Shown here piece by piece: positions 51,943-64,000 of a stretch of DNA of 64,000 bases (position 1 is its first letter; each line of letters starts with the position of its first letter). A program made the position numbers and the translations under genes. Location of the stretch: NCBI RefSeq assembly GCF_026210795.1, contig NC_089436.1:2604001-2668000 (forward strand), in the 5' to 3' direction. The DNA is from Rhizophagus irregularis. Lineage: Eukaryota. Below the pieces are notes generated by a model. The model was given only the letters and a program-made list of their open reading frames with translations. It was not told the origin of the DNA and ran no database searches.

Positions 51943-54258
51943 TTAGTTATCCCACGCCCATCCAGGACTATTGTCCCCTGCATTACCAATTTCCAAATTA
52001 AAAGATTCAGATTTGAGATTTTTGTTACGAAAAAGAGATGATGATAAATCATCACTTTTTTTATTTTCACTACAATTCTGGAATTGCCATGTAATGCCAG
52101 ATTCTTCTTCATCCTCAATTTCGCCCTCCTCCATAGAAGAAGACGAACTTACCTCGCCGTTAACAATTCCATTATTATTGTTATTTAATGGAGTTCCATC
52201 GTCCATTTCTCCATCTTCGCTTTTGTTTTCATTATTTACGCAACATTTGATTGAAGTCACTTTTATCTTTGGTAACATGTCGGCAGGATTTTCATTTTCT
52301 CGATCATTATCACTATTGGATTCTTGAGGTTCACTATCAGAACTCTCTATATCTACTTCCTCTGATCTAGGTTCACTTGCAGCGCGAGTATCAGTTATTA
52401 ATACCTCTTCAAATTCTTCTTCATCCTCCTCAGCATCTTCTGTCCATTTTTCCAATTTTTTTGCAAGAGCCACTTCATCACCAACACCGTCTAACGCTTC
52501 AAGTATTTCCAACAACAACTCGTACTCATGGCATGATTTTTCATACCGAGAAATTTTTTCTCGAGTATGTGAATTAATATGATGAGATATCGCGTCATAA
52601 GCGGACGTTATTCGGTGTTGGGCAAAAGTAGTTATAGGAGACGAAGATGGTTGTCCAAAATTGATTGGAGCAAAGAATGAGGCGGTGTAAGGAGTCATTA
52701 AAGACTCGTCAAAATCAGAAGAATAATGTATACTAAATTAATTAGAAGGACATGAGGAAAAAGGATAAAATTTCACTAAATAATGAATATAATTTTAACT
52801 TAAAATTTAACTCATACTTGTCTTCGCTGTGAACTTGTTGAAAATACTCTGAAGCTTGACCGGGAATTACTTTGAATGGCGCTGGAATCACGTTTGTAAC
52901 AGTACTGACGGGAGTTTTTGCCTGAGGTAATTAATAATGACAAATTAGGATTTGATAAAAAACTCAGCAAAATGTAAATTTAAATATAAAAGTACCTTTT
53001 TTACCGTGTTTCTATTACTATTATCCATATCAAATCCTTTTCTTTTTTTAGGGATATCATCTAAAAATTCTGGGATATTTGCAAAGTTTCTTCTCAATGG
53101 ACCATCGGCAATATCCGTGGTACTAGCTCTCCTAGTTCTTAATTTCTTATTCGCCAGTTCTTGACCATTTCCCCATGGTGAGAAAAGTTCTCCTAGATCA
53201 TCGTCTTCATCTTCCATATCATCCATTATCCTAAAATTATTATTTATTGAAACACCATTATGTCCCAAACCATTAATGGATGGTATTCCATTTATTAATC
53301 CTTGCATAATGTTCATTTCCGTAATATCACTCTTCGTTTCTTGATTTAAGCTCTGAAATTGGCTCAATACTTCATTAAATGTTGGTGCCGAGAAAAATGC
53401 TTGACTCGTCGTCGAATCCGTGTCCATAATTGTAGTAGAAGTCATTGTATTCGGTATTTTAGATAATCTTTGAACAACAAATCCTATAAGGTCTTGAAAT
53501 AAGGCGCATGCTTCTCGAACAATCATTTGAACGATTTCTTCTCCCTCACTCTCTTCTAAATTATAATTATATAAACAAACCGTTGACAACTGATAAGTCA
53601 TATAAATAAGTCTATAAGCTGATTAATAATTGATAACTTTTGTTACCTGTATGCTGACCGAGAAAATTACAGACAATTACTTTCAGCATTGATGTCTGTA
53701 TAGTGCGGAAATATGCCGAAGCTATACGTGCTGTTTCAAAACGTGATGTTATGTCTGATCCAGGAGCCTAACAAGATGATTAAAGTTCGAAAACGCAATA
53801 CAGTAAAATATAATTTACAATACAACGTGAAACTCACTGCAAACCAGCCAAGTACTGTTTGACCCTTCCAGTTCATTAACTTTGCAACCGTACAATCAAG
53901 ATCTTGCAAATTGGCTTTATAAGGATAAAATCCCTAATAGTTTTAAAAAAAAAAGCATAAAAGAAATTTAGGACACGTCTCAAACTTCTACAAATTATAA
54001 ATACTGACCTTCACGTGTATAACTAATCCACGATCTAGACATTCTTCACGTTGACCGAATAAGATGCCCTGAATGGAAGTTCCATCGATTGCAGGCTTAA
54101 GCCTGACAAACACATCTAACAAGGGGTGTGAGATATACGGTCTGCCGATTGGTTCGAGGAAGATGGTTTTACAAAATAATGTGACAGCAATTAAGAAATG
54201 GTATATTTACAAAGGTTAAAACTTTCATACCTTTTGGGATCTGAATAGTAGCTGGCAT
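51943..54258 (-). CDS. Uncharacterised protein with a probable inactive MPN-like N-terminal domain and acidic C-terminus
   Basis: Spliced N-terminus MPATIQIPKDVFVRLKPAIDGTSIQGILFGQREE...VIHVKGFYPY...QTVLGWFA, joined to ORFs 52945-53601 and 51943-52698 by GT-AG introns. Confidence 0.7.
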
Positions 54259-54461
54259 TTAGATTTAGATTTCACGTTGTAAAAGAATCAACCAAGTCAC
54301 GGCATGAGTCATTTCATATTATTTACTTTATTGACCAATAAAAAATAGGATCTTTAATATAGCCAAATCAGGAAATCAACGCAGCGCTGCCAGGGTCGTG
54401 TCGCACAGATCATTTTCTTTTAGACAAAACTCGAAGCGGTGCTTTAATATTTACTTTCAAA

Positions 54462-56159
54462 ATGTCTCACCAATCTGGAATTCGAGGTTAGTACTTATCA
54501 AAGTTATTAGATAAATATATTATCACTATGTGACGAGTTACTTTCTTATTTCTCCTTTAGTTTCGCAAGAGCTCGCGGACTTATTTGCAAATGCCGTTAA
54601 CAAAAATAATTTAAGAATTATTCGCGTATCAATTGTTAATGGTAGTTTTTTGAGTATTTTTACATCATACGGTTTTTTAAATGTGAGCAATAATTGCGCG
54701 TATTTATTCAATTACTCTAATAGAATCACTAGTTCCGAACGGTACAAAGGATATTTCTGGCAACTCGGATTCTGGTAATAATTCTGAACTTTGTTGTTAA
54801 TAATTATCGTTCCTATTCTTAAATTGTGATGATCATTCAATAGACTTTGCGGGAGTTGGTGAATTCTTAGAAGAGAAGGTGCCTTGCTACATTCTTTATC
54901 GACTTGATTCAAAATCTTTAACAGAAAACTATGAATGGTTGTTTATGGCCTACGTTCCTGATCTCGCTAAGGTATTTTGAAATGATAATTTCTATTTTTA
55001 TAATTTATTCAAGTTCTTTTAACAGTTTTCGAATTGTAATTTAGGTCAGAGATAAAATGTTGTATGCGTCGACACGTGCGACTTTATCAAAAGAGTTAGG
55101 AGACACTCACTTTGTTGATTCTATGTATGGTACTACAGTAGTGAGTTAAATATTCTTAAATCCTTCCAGCCTGTAACCTATGATGATATTTTATTTATTA
55201 TTTATCTTTTACTATTTATACTATATATAGTCTGAATTTACACTAGAAGGATATCAAAAGCATAAAAAACATCAGGATGCCGAAGCGCCATTAACAGCAC
55301 GCGAGAAGGAATTAGCCGAAGTGAAAATTGCCGAAGTAAAGATGTTTGACTTAATTGACTTAATTTTTAATTATTTTCAACTGTTTTAAGTTTTCTTTTA
55401 TTATATGACAGGCTAGCGCGAATGCATTTAGTTATTCGGCACGTAAATCTCATGCTGCGGGAATTTCTTTTCCAATGTCTGACGAAGCAGTGCAAGCTAT
55501 ACAAGGTTTGCAACAATCTGATTTAACAAATAATTTTGTTAAACTAGTAAGTATCATTATATTCTTGATATTTCAAGGATTTTGTGATGATTATAACCTG
55601 TTTTATATGTTGATTCACTTATAGTCATTGGATACTGATAAAGAAAAGATCGAACTTGATGAAGTTAGAAAGATCGATATTAACGACCTTGCAAGCTCTT
55701 TTCCTACCGACTCTCCAAGATTTGCTTTTTACGTATATCAGCATACGCATAACGGACAGGATGTTAGATCCAATAGTAATTATTAATAAAATTTTAATGA
55801 TTTGGTCATAAATTATATTAGCATTCATTTTTTTTTTTTAGTTTTTATATATATTTGTCCCCAGAATTCAAAAATTCGTGAGCGCATGCTATATTCTTCA
55901 TGTCGAGGTTCCGTGATTACATTTGGTGAAAGTGAAGCCAACATCACGATCACTAAAAAGGTAAATAATATTTAAAAGCTTTTTATTAGCTATTAAAGCA
56001 TTAACTAATTGAATTATCTTTATATAGCTGGAAACGAATGAGCCTGCTGAACTTACTAAAGAATACATTTTGGAAGAATTATATCCAGTGATTGATACTG
56101 CACCAAAATCATTTTCTAGACCTAAACCACCGGGAAGGAAAGGGGCTGTTAGAACATAG
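54462..56159 (+). CDS. TWF1: Twinfilin (two ADF-H domains)
   Basis: [71 protein letters not shown]. Confidence 0.96.
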
Positions 56160-56399
56160 ATTACGTCACATACAAAAAATTTCTTTGTTTATTATTTAAA
56201 TTGTATATTTTTTGTTTTTGATATTAAATTATTAAATCACTGTCATATGTACTGTATTTATTTAAAAAATGATATTTTGATTATGATTATAAATTTGATC
56301 TGTTTATAAATTTTATAGTTGTTCTGTTTACGAAAACTTGTCAAGTGTTAGAAGGTTACTTCTAGGGTTCAGTGAACCGATCCTATATATGAAGAATTT

Positions 56400-57780
56400 A
56401 ATATATACATTATAATATTTATAATTTGTAACCCTTTAAAATTTAATAGCCATATGATCAAATTTATTTTAGATCATTGGTTTTTAGAACTTAAAGTTTA
56501 ATCCTACTGAAAGCAGTAACTAAATAAATTTTATGTAAATATAAAACATTTCTTTCATAGCATCCTATCCAACTAGCAGATATATCCAGAAAGCATAATA
56601 CTATAATCAATTAATAACAAATATATAGAATTTTCATAATTATAACTACAAATTTTTAAAAAATATAAATTGATTATAGAATTACATTCTATTTTATTTT
56701 TTTTATCAATAAATCATATAATTTTATTCAAGTATTTCTTATTTGTATATAGTGGCATTTTTCTTATTAATCTAAAAAGCTAACAGATTATTAATTAGAA
56801 ATATTATGCATACTATTAATATGATGTAACTTTTCAATTCTACTTTTAAAATAGTAAATATAATAAATAAATAATATAGTATATATTTATAAATGAACTT
56901 TGTAATATTTTTATTTAAAAATTTTTTGAAAGTTTTATTTTAAAATTTAATAAAATATACCATTATAGTATATGAAAAATTGGACTTTTAATTTAATAAT
57001 AATTTAATTAATTCATTATATTTTTAAAGAAAATTGGATTAATATATAAAGAAGTAATATTTTTGCTTTAAATATTATTTTTTGATAATATTAAATATAT
57101 TTTTATTCTAATATATTAAATAAAATTTATTAATTAAATTTTATTAAATAAATTAATTAAAAATATAATTTTATAAAGGATATTTAATACTAAAGTTAAT
57201 ATTAATAGCTTATATATTTTTATTATTTTATATAATTTTATATATATTATTTTATACTAGTTTAATTAATAATTAAAATATCTTAAAAATTAAGAACTTT
57301 TTATTAATATTTACAAAATATTTTTTGTAATATTTATATTATATTTAACTTATTTACTGATTTTTAAAAATAATATTAATAAAAATTAAAAGTTTTAATA
57401 TTATTTTATTTTATATTAATAACATTACAAATGCAAGAAGTATATAGCTATATAAAAATTATTATAATTATATAAATGGTCAAGTAATTGTATACGGTAA
57501 TTTATTTTATATATATATATATAATAATTATTTGTTAAAAAATAAGTTTTTTTTGACATTTATTTATTAATATATAAATTAGTAATACAAACATTTATAA
57601 TAAAAGGTATTTTATAAATATTTATAGCTTTCATGATTTTGTTTATTAATTTTAGTTAATTTAAACTATCAATAGTGATTAAATATATATCTTTAATTAT
57701 ATTCAGATTTATATTAGAATATGAAAAATCATTCGTTCACAGGTTATTTGTGCTAAGATTTTTATTAAAAAAAAAAACAA
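56400..57780. other. Extremely AT-rich intergenic block, possibly a decayed repeat
   Basis: Almost devoid of G/C, with no ORFs. Confidence 0.5.
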
Positions 57781-58235
57781 AAGCATAGGCAATAATAACA
57801 AGTAAGAAATCTCTAAATTTAAAATGATGGACAAAAAAGCAAAAAATAAAAGCATATACGGTACTTAAAAAAGCAATTGTAAATGCTTTGAACAAAGACG
57901 TGGATGATTAAGTGTACTGTGTACGTCATCCTAGAAATTAACTGATTTGTTAAAGTTCAGTGTCAAAAGTATCATTGTTACAATTTTTATATGTGTAACT
58001 TTTTTGTTTTCCAATTTGGTTCCTAAATTATCACAAAAAAAAACTATAAATTAAGCGGACACTTAAAAGTTTCTCATACTTTATTAAAAAACAATTTTTT
58101 TTTGTTTTCGCTTATTGCAAGCTTTCATTTATTACAAGTTTTAAATAACAGCCCTTTTAGTTTTAAACGATAGTTCGAAAAATAATTGTTGTAGCTATCG
58201 ATAATTTTCTTTTATAACTACATTTAGTTTACATA

Positions 58236-59071
58236 ATGTTACTTGGACCTAAGAAAAGAACACGCGTTTCAGACGAAGAAAGTGATAGTGGCATGGAAAG
58301 TGGAGAAATATATGGTGAAGTTGTTATAAATGTCAAAAATAAAACTGAAGAAAGAACAGAAAATATAATGCAAAATGACTTAAAGAGAATGCGACTAGAT
58401 TTAGACCATGATACTTCAAGGTTCTTTTGAAAAAAATTAACAAATTCATTTTTCATTTTTCATTTTTCTTTTCATTTATTATATTTAAATTAAGGCTGTT
58501 TATGTAATTTAACAGAGTGATTCCATCCGAATTCACTAACTCAAGCTCAGAATCATCACCGAGAACACCATCATCATATTCAACACTTGCAGATACCACT
58601 GAGTATACTTCACCATCTTATCAATATCATCAATTTCACCGTAAACAACAATCTTTAGACGATACTTATTTATTAAATCAAAATGTTCATAAACTTCATC
58701 GTAATCCAATTCGAATTTCAACAAGATCGAATGCATCCTCTTCTTCCTCCTCTGCTGAACTCCTAAATCCTTACATGAACATCAATTCAGTATTGTATCT
58801 TGCTAATTTGACGCGAACATCACACATTGTGAATGAATTACAGGATGATCTTGGATGCATGGAAATTGATGAAAGAGAACGATTGGTAGGAAATGGAACA
58901 TCATCTTCAATAGACGATGATTCAATGAATCTTGGGTTGGATCATGATCGTCATCATCAATTTCAAAATGATGGATATGTTAATAGTTCTTCAGAAAAAT
59001 CTGAGTACCAGTCCATTAATGCAGTTTTGAGAGAAGCTTTTTTGGGAAGGCGTCCAAATTTAAGTTGTTAA
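58236..59071 (+). CDS. Disordered protein with NLS-like N-terminus and two FAM104/VCF-like helices
   Basis: Two exons (intron ~58421-58515, in frame). PKKRTR and KRMRL basic clusters; YMNINSVLYLANLTR and C-terminal YQSINAVLREAFLGR. Confidence 0.75.
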
Positions 59072-59335
59072 AACTTAAATTGGGGTTTCAATATTTTATT
59101 TAAAAAAAAGAGTTCTTTCCTTCTAGTAAATAATTTTTTTTTTTTTTTTAGAAAAAGACATTCCTAGTGTGTATAATGTATTCAGAATTTAATATATAAA
59201 TAATATAAATAATATAAATATATATTAAGCAAATTGTAAATTTTCAAATAAAGAATTTTTTTTTTTTAATAATTGTGTTGTCTTTAAATGTTGTAATAAA
59301 AAAAATTTTTTTTTTTTATTAAATTATTTCTAAAA

Positions 59336-61805
59336 TTAATCGGTTTTCATAATATCTATTTCTCCACCATCAGATGAAGGACCCTGTGCTTCTGAACTTT
59401 GATTATTCTCGGGTTCATTACTACTAATAACCATCTGATTAGCTTCTGATGTAGAAATATCGGAGGTTGTAATTTCACCAGTATTTTCAATATTTCCATT
59501 ATCTATAACATTCGTGAAATTATTATCACCATCATCTCCGCTCGTTGTTGGCGGTGGTACAGCCGATGGTGGCGAAGATGTATTTAATAATGATGCACTT
59601 TCATTTCCGCCTCCACCATTATTATTATTATTTTCGTTATCATTATCGTTATTTTTATCGTTATTATTATTATTATCATCATTTTTCTCGCTAAAATCAG
59701 TAGTACTTACAATACCAACAGTACCACCAGTAGCGTTATCATAACTACCATTACTATTATTGATAGTAGATTGATTATAATTCAAGTCCATAGTAATCAC
59801 ACTATCACTACTCGGTGGAGCTATGTTTTGCGGTGCATTAGATGCGGGTGGGATGGATATATCAGCCATATTTTCCTTTTCCTCGTCTGGATTCTCAAAT
59901 GATGGTAACCAAAACGTCTTGAAAGAAAAAGAAAGTAACAAAAAATAAAGTATGTTAATAAATGTTGATCGTAATTATCCGGATAATATATTATTAATTA
60001 CTATAAAACCCGGAGTGGAAAAATTAGATCAGCAAGGAACCTCAATAAGCCATTCGAAAACAACTTATATTAGGTAACTTCTTTTATTTATTCTTCGATC
60101 AGTTAAAAACCACAAGTAAAATACTCAAATAAAAATGTGGGGAACTATGATCGATTACGAACCAAAAACGATTCTATTTTATATGCATCAAACGGTAATT
60201 AAATATAACTCACCAGATCTGTACAACCGCTAACCATCATCAATTTTGCGGGATTGAATCTAACAACTTGCGTTGGTCTAACATGATACTCTAGTGTGTG
60301 TATCGGTCGAGAATCTATTCCTTCTGCAAGTATCATTGAATTTTTTAGAGGTGCTTCTATGTCCCAAAAATTTAACATTCCATCTTGCGATCCTAAAAGA
60401 GAATAATTAATTTTTGCATGAACTCACTATATATATGATGATAGTATCGAATATAAAACCATCACTAGTATTATACTACCTCCAACTACAAAACGACCGT
60501 CGGGGGTCCAACTCGTCTCTTCTCCTCCTAATAATTGCAATGCATTATTTAATCCAACATGGCCTATTAATCGTCTTTTCATATCGGTATTATAAGCATC
60601 AGTTACATAATGTACATCTCCTGATGTTGTAACAAGGATTTTGTCGCCATCGTTACTAAATTTTATGGACGTCCATTCAGGTTGTATTGGAGGACGTGGA
60701 TGTGAAGAAGGTAACGCGTAATTATCTATCACATTTAATGTTGTAAACGGTGCCTATGAAAAAAGTGATGAGTTTATTTTTGTAAATAAAAATCTTACAA
60801 AAAGAAAAAAATTTTTATTAAATTTTTACTTGATCAAACTTTCTTATATCGAATAATTTTATGACGTTGTCATGATTCTGAAGTCCAATCGCAAGAACAA
60901 TGCCAGAAGGATCATACGCAATACAAGGTCTTCCATTTTCAATATTAATAAATCCCTATGAACAAAATTAGAAATAAATTAATCTATGTAAAAATATATA
61001 TGAAATTAATAATAGGGTACATAATCATTTTACATACAAGAAAAGTAGGTTGACGTAAATCCCATAGCCGCACTCCTTCATTTACAGCGCCAGATGCAAA
61101 TTGATCGCTCACAGGCGACATTTCTAAACTCACTACCCTACAGGAGAATGTTATTACCGGTATAATTTATTAATTATGCGCGACATTAAATATAATACCT
61201 TTTCTGATGCCCCTCAAAGTATCTTATGAATTGATTATCATGCAGTGACAAATATCTCAACGTATCTATTTAAACAAAGTTCACGTTTAGATCAGTACAA
61301 TAATCACGATTCAATGTTTATTAAAATAATTATTGATTGGAAGAATGACGAACCAGTTACCATTCTCTTTTGTTGACGCGTATATAATATCCGTATGTCG
61401 ATGGGTAAATCGTGTTAGATGCACTCCATACTTTTTGCTAAGAATTAACTTTTTATGTCTGCAAAATAAAAGAACAGAAGGGTTAGTGTTAAAATTGATT
61501 TATTTAACATGTAAGGAAATATACGCGGAAATTTTGAGTATAATAGATCTAATCCTCATATATCATATCAGTTTTGATGCTAATTGGAATAAAAAAAACA
61601 ACTAGGTAGATTCTACAAATTGAATATATTACCTTCCTTGTACGCAATTGTACAAGTTAATCGATTCATCAGCTGAAGCAGTTACGCAGAATTCTCCGGT
61701 GCAATCAAAATCGCAAGCTGTAATAGGCTGTGAATTCTCGTAGAAATTTCGAGCAGCTTTTAAGCTCATAAGGTGATTTACATTTAACTCTACCGTGTTT
61801 TCCAT
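59336..61805 (-). CDS. SWD2: WD40 COMPASS/CPF subunit Swd2 (WDR82) with low-complexity tail
   Basis: DFDCTGEFCVTASADESINLY; SKKYGVHLTRFTH; DTLRYLSLHDNQFIRYFEGH; EWTSIKFSNDG; FNPAKLMMVSG; FWLP. Confidence 0.94.
59960..60156 (-). ncRNA. Putative intronic box H/ACA snoRNA (three hairpins) in the last SWD2 intron
   Basis: Hairpin 1 (TCGATCA..CCACA/TGTGG..TGATCGA), then H box AGAATA (60094-60089), a middle hairpin, hairpin 3 (TGATC-TAATT..TCCGGGT/ATCCGGA..AATTA-GATCA), then ACA+3 nt (59965-59960). G:U pairs fall on the host sense strand. Confidence 0.55.
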
Positions 61806-62198
61806 TTCATAGTAAGGAAAAATTAATGCGGTTTATCCAATCGATTTAACAAATTTAATTCTCCATTTGATATCACGTGATTCGCAAGATTAGATGTGTG
61901 ATTTTACTAAAACGATCAAAGCCTGCCGAGTAAAATTTTGATTACCGTATTTTGCGGGCATCGGTAGTGCCACAGTAAGTACCCACCATGCAAAAAACTA
62001 CTGATTTTATAATTTAGGCATTGCGCATGATAAATGATAATACCCAATTATTATACGTTTTCTACTAATAATAATAAGGTGAATGGTAGGGTATAAGTTG
62101 AAATTTGTATCATCCTGGGGTACCCCCGTTATACGGTAAATCAAATAAAAAATTTCGAATTTCTTTCTTTATTTTCCTTTAAAACAATTTTTTAATCT

Positions 62199-64000
62199 TT
62201 AAAATAGTAAATTACCAAAAACAACTTTTCCTCCGAACACAGTTGCTAATACTTGTGTATCTACAATTTGCGATTCAGGTATTTCCATAATATCCCTATC
62301 AATAACAATAAAATCCGCGTATTTTCCTATAGAAATGGATCCCATCTACAGGAAAAAATAATACGCTTAATTTCCAATTTTGTACAGTTTTTAACAGTGA
62401 ATAATAAAATAAACTTACAATAGTTTCATTAAATGCTGCATAAGCTGCATCGATAGTAAATCCTTTCAATGCTTCTTGACGCGTTAATTTTTGTGAAGGA
62501 AACCATCCGTTTTCTCCATGAGGCTACATTTTCAATGTGGCTTATAAACATTTGATTGAAGTATAAAAAGAATGATAAACATTTTCTTTTTTTACTTACA
62601 GATTGCCCGTTAACCCATTTTCTTGTAATAGCAGCATAAATTCCCAAAAATGGATTTACAGATTCAACAGGAAAATCGGAAGAAAGCGGGAATGTCTTTA
62701 CTCTAAAATTAATAAATATATTTATTAACTATAAACAAAATTAATGTGACTAAGTAATTTGATTTGTGGAAACAATACCCTGCTTCTATCAAACTTCTCC
62801 ATGCATATGCACCTTTAATACGTTCACTACCTAGTCTTTGTTCAGCATATGCCATATCAGTAGTTGCTATCCAGAGTTATCAAGAGAAAAAAATTAATTC
62901 AAAAATAACATGTAATTAACGAGAAATACGAAAGATTTCATATATTTACCATGAGTAGGTTGCATGGATGGTATAATATTTAATTTACCAATGCGTTTAA
63001 TATCTTCCAAAGTCTAGATTATCCCAAAGAATAAATCTTTAAAATTTATATTTAATACATTTTAGTCTATAAAAATATGTAGCTTACCAAAATCTGAGCG
63101 TGTTCAATTCTAAATCTAACTTTCTCTGCTAACTTTTTCATTTCATCATTCACTTCTTGTTCTGTTAATTTTTTATCACCATTTTGTGATAATACATATT
63201 CTCGAAAAGCTTTTTCATACGCATTAATTATAAGTTGATTTGCTTTATCACCTATACAATGCGTATTCACTTGAAATCCCTAATTCATTTTTTAACAACC
63301 ATGTATTCAATAATTTGAATATAAAATAGTATCAATGCATTTGGATGTAAAATTTACCTTATCGATCCATTTTTTGATTACAGGTGGTAACAATGTAGGA
63401 TCAGATATGAGAAGTCCTTGTTTCGTTGGATCATCTTTTATAAGCTAATGATATTTAGACAGTTTCAATATATATATATATATATATTTCAAATAAACTT
63501 ACCAGAATAAGGTTCTAATAATGCTAATTAAACGTAGTTTATGTTATAAAGTGCGTAAAGTGAACAAATCAATATTTAACACGTAGAAATGATAACACAA
63601 AATTAAATTGATCGATTGATTGATAATAACCTGCTCCCCAACTTCCCAAAGCACCGTCCATAAAGAATTTAACACTTCTAACAGTCAGCCTTCCATCACC
63701 TAATCCTTCAATTATTTCAACATAATCACCATCATACGTATTTTCTAAACTTTCTACCATTGCATAATTTCGGATATTAAATTCTTCCGGTTGTTCATTT
63801 ATAATTCTAAAAAAATGTTATATTATTAACAATAAAATATTATCTAAAATATTTATAAAAAATAAGAGAAATCATTGAGATATACTTTTTGAAGAATTCA
63901 AGTATATTTAATGGAATTCCTGCATCATGCACTCCAATTAATCCAAAAGAGTGCATTTTGGAAATTGCCGAACGTAATTGCTGTAATAATAATTGTTCAC
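62199..64000 (-). CDS. Amidohydrolase_3 / YtcJ-like metal-dependent hydrolase (5' part outside window)
   Basis: GLIGVHDAG; VKFFMDGALGSWGAALLEPYSD; VNTHCIGDKAN; RFRIEHAQI; SMQPTHA; LSSDFPVE; GSISIGKYADFIV; ATVFGGKVVFG. Confidence 0.92.

Noticed and set aside
61806..61830. AGTAAGGAAAA resembling U12 snRNA
   Set aside because: Isolated short match beside the SWD2 start codon; flanking U12 sequence and structure absent.
1..64000. CRISPR arrays, tRNA or rRNA genes, prokaryotic operons
   Set aside because: None seen; the window is spliceosomal-intron-rich eukaryotic DNA with no repeat-spacer arrays.

Overview
Very AT-rich, intron-rich eukaryotic DNA. The gene content (tyrosine-kinase-like/Sel1 genes, many short introns, TPX2, NEDD1) fits an arbuscular mycorrhizal fungus such as Rhizophagus (Glomeromycotina); this assignment is an inference. 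The first ~17 kb is an accessory, repeat-rich block: an MLKL-like 4-helix-bundle/pseudokinase/Sel1 gene, a kinase-pseudokinase-kinase gene, kinase relics, a Mutator-like transposon remnant and a small inverted-repeat element. From ~17 kb the window is gene-dense: RPS25, GRC3/NOL9, TMA46, TPX2, CUL3, QCR8, DRS1, PLPBP, a DUF1761-like gene, PTH1, NEDD1, MGMT, an MPN-like protein, twinfilin, a FAM104/VCF-like protein, SWD2 and an amidohydrolase. A TMA46-CUL3 segmental duplication left three CUL3 copies: one dead, one full-length, and one with an intact ~516-aa ORF that lacks the Rbx1/Nedd8 module and has an altered BTB-adaptor interface (candidate natural cullin decoy). Three structured non-coding candidates were found by eye: a ~0.9-kb helix-rich intergenic region containing AACCCTAA (telomerase-RNA hypothesis), an H/ACA-like RNA in the last SWD2 intron, and a ~240-nt structured element with an Sm-like site upstream of CUL3. 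All exon structures and base-pairings were derived by hand; no database searches were run.
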